From assembly GCF_001194135.2 (NCBI RefSeq), contig NC_068984.1:104788264-104832710 (forward strand): a stretch of DNA of 44,447 nucleotides. Reading direction: 5' to 3'. This document shows, in pieces, positions 23,698-35,225 of this stretch (position 1 is its first letter; each line of letters opens with the position of its first letter). This stretch comes from Octopus bimaculoides. Its lineage: Eukaryota. The notes beneath the pieces were generated by a model. It worked only from the letters and a program-made list of their open reading frames with translations, had not been told where the DNA came from and searched no databases. The position numbers were made by a program, and so were the translations under genes.

Positions 23698-25245
23698 GGG
23701 GTTGTCCATGAAGTCTCTTTACAATTTCAAAAAATTATTACAAAGGCAATTGATGGGATATGTTTATCAGATTTGTTCTATGTACTCAGTGTTTATGACA
23801 GTTTTTAACCACACTGCATTTGTATTTTTCAGGTACCCTGTTGATGGAAAAGGTTCTATTAAATGAAACCCTAAAAACGTGGCTACTCCTCAAGAAAAAG
23901 CACAATGTGTATTGTGGTTTATAGAAACAAAATCAGAAAGGTGGTGAGCTGGCAGAATCGTTAGCACACTGGACCAAATGCTTAGCAATATTTTGTCTGT
24001 CACTATGTTCTGAGTTCAAATTCTGCCGAGGTCGACTTTGCCTTTCATCCTTTCGGGGTCGATTAAATAAGTACCAGCTACGCATTGGGGTCAATATAAT
24101 CGACTTAATCCGTTTGTCTGTCCTTGTTTGTCACCTCTGTGTGTAGCCCCTTGTGGGCAGTAAAGAAATAAGAAACAAAATCTGATATGCAGACCCAGTG
24201 ACACTACAGGATTAAATATGGAATACATCTACCATCATGTCCATCAATTCATGCATGGCACAAGAAATTTATGGAATAATGGGAGGAGTGGATGATCAAA
24301 TTATCTGAGGAAAACATTAATCATTTAAGACAGGCCTTTGCTAGTTCTCCTACAAAGTCCATACATACTGCTGTCAGACAGTTACAGCTACCAAAGTCCT
24401 ACACAAGAACTTGCAATTGTACTCTTACAAAGTGCAAATCTTACAGGCACTCAAACCAAGTGATAAACCAAAATGAAAAGAGTTTGCAGTTAACATACTG
24501 GAACGAAATTCTGAGAATACAGCGTTCCTCACCCAAGTTTGTTTTAGTGATGAGGCAACCATACATGTTTCAGGGAAACTGAATATACATAATGTGAGAA
24601 TCTGAGGATCAGAACACCTGTATGTGACTAGGGAACATCACCAAGATAGTCCAAAGGTAAATGTCTGATGTGGAATGTTGTGCAATCGAATCATTGGTCC
24701 ATTTTTCTTCACATAGAGATCAATTACTGTAAATGTTAACCATGACCTTTTGACTAAATATGTGGTACCACAAATGGATGACTTTCAACCAACCATCATT
24801 TTCTAGCAGGATGGAGTATCACCACATTGGGGACTGCAGGTTTATAGGTTCCTAAATCAAACATTTCCAGACTGGTGGATTGGAAATGATGCCCCAATTC
24901 CCTGGCCACTTCTTTCCCCAGATATCACTCCCCTGGACATTTTTCTATGAGGTTGTGTTAAAGACATTGTGTATCAAACAAAGATACAAGACATCAATGA
25001 CCTAAAGCAAAGGATCCTTGAATTCCATTGACACATTGATAAGGCTATGCTACAGCAAACATGGCAAGAAATTGATTACCGTCTTGATGTGCTTCGTGCA
25101 ACTAATGGTGCCCATATAGAGATGTATTGAGGAAACCAAAAAACTTCAATATCTAATCATCATTTTGTAATAACTTCCACAGATTTATCTCTTTATTTGC
25201 TTTTGTAATTAATTATTGAAATTGTAAAAAGACTTTGACACCCTG
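23698..25245 (+). mobile_element. Near-full-length DD41D (rosa/Visitor-type) Tc1/mariner element, decayed, with TIRs
   Basis: N-terminus ATPQEKAQCVLWFIETKSD; CFSDEATIH; QDGVSPHW...WPLLSPDITPLD with 41 residues between D and D; C-terminus RATNGAHIEMY*. ~60-bp imperfect TIRs ('aagtctctttacaatttcaa..ttacaaaggcaa' vs the reverse complement at 25185-25245) with flanking TA. Several stops and indels. Confidence 0.9.
23935..24170 (+). mobile_element. Second tRNA-derived SINE family inserted in the DD41D transposase, with 12-bp TSD
   Basis: AGAAACAAAATC at 23923-23934 and 24171-24182. Head 'gagctggcagaatcg...gagttcaaattc'. Removing the insert restores I-E-T-K-S-D-M-Q. Confidence 0.92.
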
Positions 25246-25304
25246 TATACACATATATTATATATAAGTGTGTACATATACCAGTACGTGCCTCTATATC
25301 TGTC

Positions 25305-25400
25305 TGTCTGTCTATCTATCTATTTACTTACCTACCTACCTACCAACCTACCTACCTACCTACTTACCTACCTGCCTGTCTACCTACTTATCTACCTCTC

Positions 25401-25447
<47 letters not shown>

Positions 25448-25486
25448 GTGTGTGTGTGCGTGCATGTGTGTGTGTGTGTATCTGTA

Positions 25487-25518
<32 letters not shown>

Positions 25519-25520
25519 GG
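25305..25520. repeat. Compound microsatellite (TCTG/TCTA/TACC/TG/AG)
   Basis: Direct reading. Confidence 0.92.
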
Positions 25521-26344
25521 AGTCTTTTTAAACGTTGTATCTTCCAAACTTAGGATATTACAGAGTTTCTTTCTTTTATTTCTCTTTTTACCAGTTTTAG
25601 AGATAATTAATCAGAAAATGTTGATTTTCATGCTAGAATAATTGATGGAATTATTTATTTTTAAAAAAAGACAGTTTGCTATTTTCGTTTCTTAACTTTC
25701 TAGCCTAATAACCTTTTAGGTCATATGATGAGATTAGACTTCCATTGAACACAATTTTGATTGGCCAACACTTGTAAAAATAGATAAATCTTTCTAATTA
25801 TCTATGTATGTCCTGTGATTCCAATATTCAGATACCAAATATATAGAAATGCATGCATAACCACTTGAAGTGATAAGACTTAATATATCTACCACCAAGA
25901 AATTTGTGCAAAAAAAGGTAGTTTTGCAAACAGAAATGTAGTGATGTAGTGAAGATTTCTGGGTCAGTGTGTTTTTTCACACACTCAGCTTTTCTTATTC
26001 TTTTGCCAGAACATTCTCTCTCCTTGTGAATTTTTATATAATTGTTTAGATGACAGATTGGATGTAACTTTGCATTTTGCTTCATTAAACAGTTATAAAC
26101 TCTCTTGATTATCTTAAGAACAAGTCAACTATTGTTAAAAACAAGGTCTATCATGAATGTTTAACAAAAAGACAGAATATAAGTAATTTTAATTGATGTA
26201 GACAATTTTCAACATAAGATGGTAAAAAAAAATCTGTTTTTAATTTAAATCCACTGAGCTTAGCTAGATGTGTTTATAATTTGATAGGTTTAAATAAGAT
26301 TCCTGTACTATATACATATGGTATTTGTATAAGGCATAGTATAA

Positions 26345-26500
26345 GTACAGGCCTGGCTGTGTGGTTAAGAAGTTTACTTTTCAAGCATATGGTCTTGGAG
26401 TCAGTGGAACTAATCTAGCCTTGGGCTGACCAAAACCTTGTGAGTGGATTTCAATCCACTCACAAGATGGAAACTGAAAAAAGTCCATCACACATATATA
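26345..26500 (+). mobile_element. SINE 5' fragment with internal deletion
   Basis: 'ggctgtgtggttaagaagtt...gggctgaccaaaaccttgtgagtggattt...gatggaaactgaaaaaagtcc'. Confidence 0.7.
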
Positions 26501-26546
26501 TGTGTGTGTGCTATGTGTGCACATAAATGTATGTATTTATATATGT

Positions 26547-26872
26547 GAAGGCACATGGCTCAGTGGTTAGGGCATTTAGCTTAGTATTGTAAGGTCATGA
26601 GTTCAATTCCTGGTAGCATGTTGTGTCCTTGAGTAAGACACTTTATTTTCATGTTGCTCCAGTCCACTCAGCTGGCAAAAATGAGTAGTACCTGTATTTC
26701 AAAGAGCCAGCCTTGTCACATTTTGTGTCACACTGAATCTCCCTGAGAACTACATTAAGGGTACACATGTCTGTGGAATGTTCAGCCACTTGCATGTTAA
26801 TTACACAAGCAAGCTGTTCTGTTGATTGGATCAACTGAAGCCCTCATCATCATAACCAATGAAGTACCAGTT
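26547..26872 (+). mobile_element. Third tRNA-derived SINE family
   Basis: A-box 'tggctcagtgg', B-box 'gagttcaattcc', then 'gtgtccttgagtaagacacttta'. The body differs from the other two SINE families. Confidence 0.75.
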
Positions 26873-27799
26873 AATGTATGTATGTATACATGTGTGTCAA
26901 TGTGTGTGTCTGTATGCTTGTTTACATTCTGACTGCTGCCACAAAAGTTGAGACATGCAGGTAGTGTCATTGGTGTCACTTTTGTTAACAAGTCATCTGC
27001 TTGCTTCATGCATTTGAAGCTGCATGGAATAAGAGATCCTTTACTTCAATATTGGCATGCATTAATGACAGGAAAGACATCTAACTGTAAAACGATAAAA
27101 CATTTATCTCAATAACATATCTGTCTAACTCTGTAAGCATGGAAAAATGGACATAAAAACAAATGAATACGTGCAGTAATCCTTTTAGGAAGGGACAAAG
27201 GCAGTCAAATTGTTGCCCATGTATTATAGGTACTTAAACCATAAACATTACAAGAATGAAAAGCAAAATGAACCTCAGCAAGATATGAATTCAGGTCATA
27301 AAGGCATGAGTCTTTGGTGTAAAATATATATATATTAATGTTATTCTCAATCAATGAACAATCAAAATAGTAAAATACTTCAAAGAGAAAGCTAATTTAT
27401 AGAAAATGAATATTAAATTTAGAAGAAATAGTATGAAAATAAATGAGGGTATCTGAATTCAACACAAAACTCAAAATTTTTAGGGAGGCAAATAGTGGAT
27501 TGAAATGAAGTCTGGCATTTGACTGGCACTTATTTTATCAACCTTAGATGGAAGACAAGCAAAGTTGACTGGGTAGGATTTGAACTTTGAAAATTAAAGA
27601 TGTTAATGCAGAAAGTATTTTGATCTAGATATTTTAATATTAAAAAGTGAAATAATATTAAGGATGATTGAGAATAAAATATTTATGATATATATTTACT
27701 ATTTTACATCAATTATTCCATTCTTCACTGATTGTTTAAAAGTAGGAAAAGCATTCAACTGTAATATCTTTCCTGGATCTTTGTGGTTATTGTCACTGC

Positions 27800-28700
27800 A
27801 TGTCGAAATCTTTAAAAAAAAATTATTTATGTATCAAATATATGTAATTTTTGATACTGAATCTGAATTTGTTACTCATTTATTCCAGAAACATTTTGTA
27901 AAAATGTTACAGGTGTTCAAAGTTTGGTAATTTTCAGAATTTTCAGCCAATCAGAAAACAGTGCATTCGCTGCCTCTTCCATCATCTGTCACAGTAGCAA
28001 GAAGGAGTGGGGGCACCAACATGTCAAAACATTAAACTAGCTACAGTAGACAGTGAAAAACATTAAAAGATTCGCAAGCAAATTAAAGATTTAAAAGCTA
28101 TGAGCAAACCAACAGACGTTGCTAGAAATAACAGTCAAAACATTGCTTAAAACAGACATTTATTGGTTAAAAAAATCAAGAACGAAAGTTTGCAATACAC
28201 TCTAGGATTTTATAAGATAATTTCTCTTTCTCATATCTCCTTCTCCACATAAATTCACAAAGATAAGAATCAACCATGGAACGGTGTGTCCCACACTGGC
28301 GTTTGTTTCCCACACTGGCGTTTGTTTCCCACACTGGCGTTTGTTTCCCACACTGGCGTTTGTTTCCCACACTTTAAAAATGCCCAAGTACTCTCTATTT
28401 GTTGATTACATTCAATTTGGTGGTTTCACTCCTTGTGTGCATGCACAGCATCTTTGGTTACAATAGAAACAGAGTTCTTCCCAATCAGCGATGCAACACG
28501 TGGTACTTCTTTGCTTAATATGCTAAGAGGACTTCATGATGATGTATAAAATATTCACTTCTGATTGGCTAAAATACCCAAATTTTAAAGGCTAATAACT
28601 TTTTAATTATGAATTTAGAGGAAAAATAAATTTCATTTACATAATTAGTATACAAAACTTAATCCATATACCAAATTTGAAAATAATTGGAACAAAATTG
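27800..28700. mobile_element. Decayed non-autonomous DNA-transposon-like element
   Basis: Inverted 'cagccaatcagaa' (27944) / 'ttctgattggcta' (28559). End motifs are shared with the inverted repeats at 36456-37077. Boundaries approximate. Confidence 0.45.
28290..28373. repeat. Perfect 19-bp tandem repeat (CCCACACTGGCGTTTGTTT)x4.4
   Basis: Four identical units plus a partial unit. Confidence 0.95.
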
Positions 28701-29280
28701 TAGACATTGATGATAACCACAAAAATCCTCTTTCCTACTTTTGTCCACTTAATCATGAAAAATTTAAAAGTGTGGACTCTATTTGTCAGCCATGCAAACT
28801 GGAACAAAGTTATGTGACTTACTCAGTGCTATAACACAATTACTGCAGATTTAAAGTATAACCAAATGGTTAATTACAGTCCAGCACTTGAAGTTCACAA
28901 TTATTGTGCCAAAAGTTTTAATGAATCAGTTGCAAAAGTCAACAATAGGTTTATAAATACAGATAAGTTTAGAGCCATAAGATAAAAATTGATATAATTT
29001 CATTAAAAAGAAAGAAAAGAAAGGATAAAAGTAAAGAATAAAATTTAATTTCCATAGCTATTCTTGTTTAGGCTCAAGCTGACATGATTCAGAAAAGCTA
29101 AGATTACAGGTACTCCTGGTATGAACTTTCTGTCTAATTTTTTCTTAGTATACCATATTTCACTCTGCAGTATTCAATGTGTCCTTCTCCATTCCTAAGA
29201 TGACAGAGGTGATTTAGTTTGACCAATACCAGTTTTAGTGTAGTGTGGTGTATGTATGTGTGTGTGTTTTAAATATATAT

Positions 29281-29700
29281 ATATATAAGTCAGTAAATGG
29301 TGGGGTTGTGTTAACCGCATGTGGAGAAATAATAGGAAAATAAAAGATAATAATAACAAGGCAGAATGCTAAATTGAAAGCATATTTTGATATAGATGTG
29401 CATAAAGAGGATTAAAAAGGATTTCTAACCGGCAAATTTTCAAGAAGAGGGAAAATTAAAATAATGTTTTTTACAAAAATATAAAAAATATATAAAAAAA
29501 AAAAGAATAAATATACCACTACATTATATTGTCTTTGAGTTTTTAAAGTTCAATGGTAATCCATGTAGATAATTGTTAGATAGATTAGGATGCATGGAAT
29601 TAAGAATGGTGTGTTTAAAAAAGGTTGAGAGTTTATGTGTTAAACAGGAAGTGTGTGTAAGGAAAGACAATTCTGTGGGTTTTATACTCTTTGTCAACAG
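29281..29700. mobile_element. Interspersed repeat, copy 2 of the 18991-19461 family
   Basis: Shared blocks 'tataagtcagtaaat..tggggttgtgttaaccg', 'cagaatgctaaa.tgaaagcatatttt', 'acattatattgtctttgag.ttttaaagttcaatggtaatc.atgtagataat', 'aacaggaagtgtgtgtaagg'. Confidence 0.8.
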
Positions 29701-29989
29701 GAAGTTTATGTCTGTTCTTAGAGAAACAAGAAGTAAATTTATATGTATTTCAATGGGTAGGTGAGAGAAGGGAATATGGTCACCGAGGAGTTTGTATGTT
29801 AAGAAATGTTTGGAATTTCTCTATAAAAAGATTCTCCTTGTTGATTCTTTCTTCTGTAGAGATTCTGTCTTTACATTGATAGAAAGAGAATATAAGGAAT
29901 TTAGGGTTTTTATTTTTGGCACAACCACCACTATGATTTCATTTGGCTTCATGAATCTTCTCAAGCACAGCGTATCTCCAAAGGTCTTA

Positions 29990-30658
29990 GTCACTTGTCA
30001 TTGTCTCCTTGTGGCCACTGAGTGGAATTTGGCGGTGATGTATATAGATGAGGACTGTTGTATAAAATGTGCCAATCTCTAACTGTGGAGAGAACTTGTG
30101 GAAGCGGTAGATTCAGGAAGAAATGGGACTAGGTGATGACAAGTGACGAAGACCTTTGACAATATACTGTGCTTGAGAAGACTCTTTAAGCTAAGTGAAA
30201 TTGTAGTCATGGCTGTTGTCAGTGTCATGTAAATGGCATCCATAAAATCATAGTCATGGCCATTGCTGGTAGCATGATCTTTGAATGTTAGGTCTCACGG
30301 AGGTGAGGGACAAGGTGGTGAAGCATGATCTTAGTATGTTGGGCCTCAAGGAGACAATGACAAGTGACTAAGACCTTTGGAGATATGCTGTGCTTGAGAA
30401 GATTCATGAAGCCAAATGAAATCAGAGTGGTGGTTGTTGCCAGTGTCATGTAAACAGCACCCATGAATCATAGTCATGGCTGTTGCTGGTGTCATGTAAA
30501 TGGCACCTGTGCCGGTGGCACGTAAAAATTACCCATTACACTCTTGGAGTGTTTGGCATTAGGAAGGGCCTCCAGCCATAGGAACTATGCCAAATCAGAC
30601 TTGAACCCGGTGCAGCTCTCCAGCTTACCAGTTCCATGGAAAGCAGACGTTAAATGAA
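29990..30658 (+). mobile_element. Decayed RTE LINE 3' end with internal duplication
   Basis: Remnant ORF2 (...DEDCCIK..SLTVE.TCGSGR.RKKWD...). A second copy 'ggtggtgaagcatgatctt...gacctttggagatatgctgtgcttgagaag' follows, then the same 3' UTR as 21700-22154. Confidence 0.8.
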
Positions 30659-30679
30659 AAAAAATATGTATGTATGTTA

Positions 30680-31016
30680 TCTATACTATAAATTGCAGTG
30701 TTCTTCATTGCTTGATTGATTGAGTGTCGGCAGATTCACTCGAGAACGGTGCAGTGGAATCGCGTGAAATTCAGCACAGTGCGGCAGCATGGTCCGCTCA
30801 TGTTCAGGAGATTTTTATTGCCCTCCAACTCCCATGGTTACCGAGATAATCGATTATTACTTTTTAAGATAGGAATATCCCATTCAAAGTGGGGAGGGGC
30901 GATTTTGTTGCCTTTCCCATGCGCGAAATTTTACAAAAAAACAGCACAATAAAGATTATTTTTTTCCAAGTAATGTGGCTGGGTTTGTTTTTCGAAAATT
31001 TTAATCAGAGGCACAG
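30680..31016 (+). mobile_element. Probable Helitron-type 5' end of a young element (runs into gap)
   Basis: Begins A|TCTATACTATAAA, resembling Helitron 5' TC termini. CpG-rich relative to the flanks. 3' end not visible. Confidence 0.45.
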
Positions 31017-32061
31017 NNNNNNNNNNNNNNNNNNNNNNNNNNNNNNNNNNNNNNNNNNNNNNNNNNNNNNNNNNNNNNNNNNNNNNNNNNNNNNNNNNNN
31101 NNNNNNNNNNNNNNNNNNNNNNNNNNNNNNNNNNNNNNNNNNNNNNNNNNNNNNNNNNNNNNNNNNNNNNNNNNNNNNNNNNNNNNNNNNNNNNNNNNNN
31201 NNNNNNNNNNNNNNNNNNNNNNNNNNNNNNNNNNNNNNNNNNNNNNNNNNNNNNNNNNNNNNNNNNNNNNNNNNNNNNNNNNNNNNNNNNNNNNNNNNNN
31301 NNNNNNNNNNNNNNNNNNNNNNNNNNNNNNNNNNNNNNNNNNNNNNNNNNNNNNNNNNNNNNNNNNNNNNNNNNNNNNNNNNNNNNNNNNNNNNNNNNNN
31401 NNNNNNNNNNNNNNNNNNNNNNNNNNNNNNNNNNNNNNNNNNNNNNNNNNNNNNNNNNNNNNNNNNNNNNNNNNNNNNNNNNNNNNNNNNNNNNNNNNNN
31501 NNNNNNNNNNNNNNNNNNNNNNNNNNNNNNNNNNNNNNNNNNNNNNNNNNNNNNNNNNNNNNNNNNNNNNNNNNNNNTATATATATATATATATTTCATC
31601 ATCATTTTAATGTGCACTTTTCCATGCTTGCAGTGGTCGGATGGAGTTTACTGAAGCAGATTTTCTATGGCTGGACCCCACTTTTGTCACCAAACTTTAT
31701 TTGTTCCCAAGCAAGTTAATATTTTCTCTGTAGCTAGATATGTTTTTGCAGAATATTAGAAATGAATGACAATCATTTACAACAATTAGGTAATGTCCAG
31801 ACTATGAGACAAACACACACACACACACACACACATATGTAATGATTATGAAAGTGTAGAGCTATAAAAGGATGAAATTTATATAGCTTTATATTTTGAT
31901 TTGACCTAAAACATTTGAAAAATTTCGCCAATATTTTCTGTCTGATAAAAATTGTTTATCTTAAAATGGTGTTAGAGACAGAAGTCTTATAACAAACATC
32001 CAGCTAGGAACAGCCATATGACTTTGAAAAGAGTTAACATTGTTATAGAACTGGATTGTTG

Positions 32062-32063
32062 TT

Positions 32064-32100
<37 letters not shown>

Positions 32101-32116
32101 TGATGATGATGATGAT
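32062..32116. repeat. (AAT)n-(GAT)n trinucleotide microsatellite
   Basis: Direct reading. Confidence 0.9.
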
Positions 32117-32690
32117 AACAATAATCAATAGGATGTGAGAAGAAGAAATACTAGCAATATGTACAGTGAACATGGTTTCATGCTGGATGGATATCTTAAT
32201 TACTTAACAGGATTCAAATACAATTCATGTATTATTCAAAAATGATTTCAACACCAAACCAACATCACTGCATAATTATTGAACACTGTTTGAATCTGTT
32301 CCAGGAAAAAATGATATGAAATTGGAAAATGAATAAAGAAAATCTATCAATGAATTTACTGATGAGTATAAATGAATCAATATTTAGCATGGCCACAGTT
32401 GGTGTATCAAGAGAAAATTTGATGAAATTTTGAATTCTATGTTGTTGGCCTAGTAGACATTTCAGAGGCATTTCAATAGTAACCGTTAGTCTTTTTCATT
32501 TCAGCCATAGTATTTTAAAGACTACATTATCTAAGCTATCTTTTGATATTCTTTAAGTCAGTATGATGTGATTTGAAAGAGAATTGACTGCTGTATTTAG
32601 CAGGTTGAACAAATACATTGAAGCTCTGTGATAGGCTTGTCTCAATGTTTGTTTTATGAGACACACATGTACACACATACATATCATTGC

Positions 32691-32842
32691 TCATCATCAT
32701 TGTAATATCCGCTTTTCTAGCTTGTATGGGTTAGATGGTGTTTATTGAAGCAAATTTTCTACAGCTGGATGTCCTTCCATGCCAGCTCCTGTCGAGCCAT
32801 TCAACCCATGCCTGCATGGAAAACAGAAGTTAAATGATCATA
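32691..32842. mobile_element. Two RTE tail fragments in inverted orientation
   Basis: Minus tail 'tcatcatcattgtaatatccgcttttctagcttgtatgggtt...ctacagctggatgtccttcc' joined to plus tail 'aacccatgcctgcatggaaaacagaagttaaatgatcat'. Confidence 0.65.
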
Positions 32843-33099
32843 TATATATATATATATATATATATANNNNNNNNNNNNNNNNNNNNNNNNNNNNNNNNNN
32901 NNNNNNNNNNNNNNNNNNNNNNNNNNNNNNNNNNNNNNNNNNNNNNNNNNNNNNNNNNNNNNNNNNNNNNNNNNNNNNNNNNNNNNNNNNNNNNNNNNNN
33001 NNNNNNNNNNNNNNNNNNNNNNNNNNATATATATAAGAAGAATTAGGTAAGTTGAAATATATATAGCTCTATATTTAAGAGATGAAGAATTATATACAT

Positions 33100-33291
33100 T
33101 ATTTACATCATTTACATTTGACGGATATTTGTCCTCATCTTGTTGGTTGTTAACACAACGTTTCAACTGATATACCCTCCAGCCTTCATCAGGGGTCTTG
33201 GGGAAGGCTGGAGGATATTTGAGCTAAAACGTTGTGTTAACAACAAACAAGATGAGGACAAATATCCGTCAAATGTAAATAATGTAAATAA
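33100..33291. mobile_element. ~190-bp foldback of a Penelope-like terminal repeat
   Basis: Arms 33100-33187 and 33203-33291 are reverse complements with a 15-nt loop. The outer ~60 bp are nearly perfect. Confidence 0.85.
33154..33197 (-). ncRNA. Minimal type I hammerhead ribozyme-like motif
   Basis: Minus strand GACCC-CTGATGA-A-GGCTG gagggtatat CAGTT-GAAA-CGTT-GTGTT: exact CUGAUGA and GAAA cores, stem II with two G-U pairs, palindromic AACGTT stem III, and stem I with one mismatch. Confidence 0.75.
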
Positions 33292-34114
33292 AGTTGAAAT
33301 ATGTTTGTCATATATTTCAACTGCAAAAAGGCAAATACACTGTAGTTACTGTGGAGAATATATCTCTCATATGGCAAAAAGATGTGAAAACACCCAGTTC
33401 ATTCAGTGTCACCATCTATTCGGAATCTCAGACATCAATGTTTTAAGCTTCTTGGCTAATTTTGATGAGATGTACCTAAGAGAGGCAATTCTGAATGAAC
33501 TTATAAAGCCATAGCTTTATGTATAATTCAGTCAACATGTTGACTGATTTGTACTAGTAAATATTTATGTGTATAATAGACAAGTTAAAATAATGGTCAT
33601 TACATATAATTCCTTTATTATAGAAAATTTGGCTTACAGCTGTTTCCAGTAGTCATTATAGATAGGTTTACTCAATTATATATATATATATATATATATN
33701 NNNNNNNNNNNNNNNNNNNNNNNNNNNNNNNNNNNNNNNNNNNNNNNNNNNNNNNNNNNNNNNNNNNNNNNNNNNNNNNNNNNNNNNNNNNNNNNNNNNN
33801 NNNNNNNNNNNNNNNNNNNNNNNNNNNNNNNNNNNNNNNNNNNNNNNNNNNNNNNNNNNNNNNNNNNNNNNNNNNNNNNNNNNNNNNNNNNNNNNNNNNN
33901 NNNNNNNNNNNNNNNNNNNNNNNNNNNNNNNNNNNNNNNNNNNNNNNNNNNNNNNNNNNNNNNNNNNNNNNNNNNNNNNNNNNNNNNNNNNNNNNNNNNN
34001 NNNNNNNNNNNNNNNNNNNNNNNNNNNNNNNNNNNNNNNNNNNNNNNNNNNNNNNNNNNNNNNNNNNNNNNNNNNNNNNNNNNNNNNNNNNNNNNNNNNN
34101 NNNNNNNNNNNNNN

Positions 34115-34337
34115 TATATGTTTGAGTGTCTCTGTTTGTCCCCCCCAGCATCGCTTGGATTACCGATGCTGGTGTGTTTACGTCACTGTAACTTAGCAGT
34201 TCGGTAAAAGAGACTGATAGAATAAGTACTAGGTTTACAAAGAATAAGTTCTGGGGTTGATTTGCTCAACTAAAGGCAGTGCTCCAGCATGGCTGCAGTC
34301 AAATGACTGAAACAAATAAAAGGATAAAAGAATAAAA

Positions 34338-34340
<3 letters not shown>
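34115..34340 (+). mobile_element. SINE 3' half (5' half in gap)
   Basis: Matches 10385-10603. Confidence 0.9.
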
Positions 34341-34377
<37 letters not shown>

Positions 34378-34530
34378 GTTTTTCTCTAAAAACTGAAGTT
34401 TTCAACCAATTTTCTCCCTTTGACTTCTGCAGTTTTCAAGCGATTCTCTCCTTTTTCTCTCTCCATTTATTTATCTTTTCTCTTTCTTTTTCTCACTGCA
34501 ATACTTCCTCTCAGTAAGTCTATGTTTGCT

Positions 34531-34561
<31 letters not shown>

Positions 34562-35225
34562 AAACTGACTTCAATGTATTTCAATTTTGGCATGTGTAAA
34601 TATTTTGGCGTGCATAAATACCATGACGACGTCACATATATGAGTGTATATGTGTCTCTGAGTGTATGTGTGTATGTGTATGTCTCTCTGACTCTGTGTG
34701 TTTCCATGTTAGGTATGTTATTAAACACACACACATCTACACATACATATACACGTGTGATGACTGACATGTGTGAATGTATGCCTGTATGTGTCTCTTT
34801 TACTATATGTATGTAACTGCATGTGACAGGGTATGTGTGAATATTGTCACGTTTTGTATATGAATGTGTATGTATTTGTGAGTGCGTGTGTATTTGTGCA
34901 CCCATTACGTACATTATTAAACATACACACACATCTACATATACATATGTGATGAAAACGGCTGGAGGTGAGACTCTTGACAAAAAACAATTACATGGAA
35001 GGTCCAACTTATATAAAAATACACATCTATCATTTATTTACCAGTTTATAATTATTGCAGCAGTTGCAAAGTTGCAAGGTATTTACAATTTGCTTATATT
35101 TGGTTAATTTACACAGCTTACAAAAATATAAACATACAACGTACATACAACTGCTTACAAAAATAGAGATTAATGTATATTTTTTTCTGTATTCATAATT
35201 TTTTGTTTAAAATATTGAAAAAAAT

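Noticed and set aside
28290-28373. Possible CRISPR-like array
   Set aside because: The repeats are contiguous with no spacers, and the context is eukaryotic.
34471-35107. ORFs rich in H/T/Y/V/C
   Set aside because: Translation of degenerate (TG)/(CA) low-complexity sequence.
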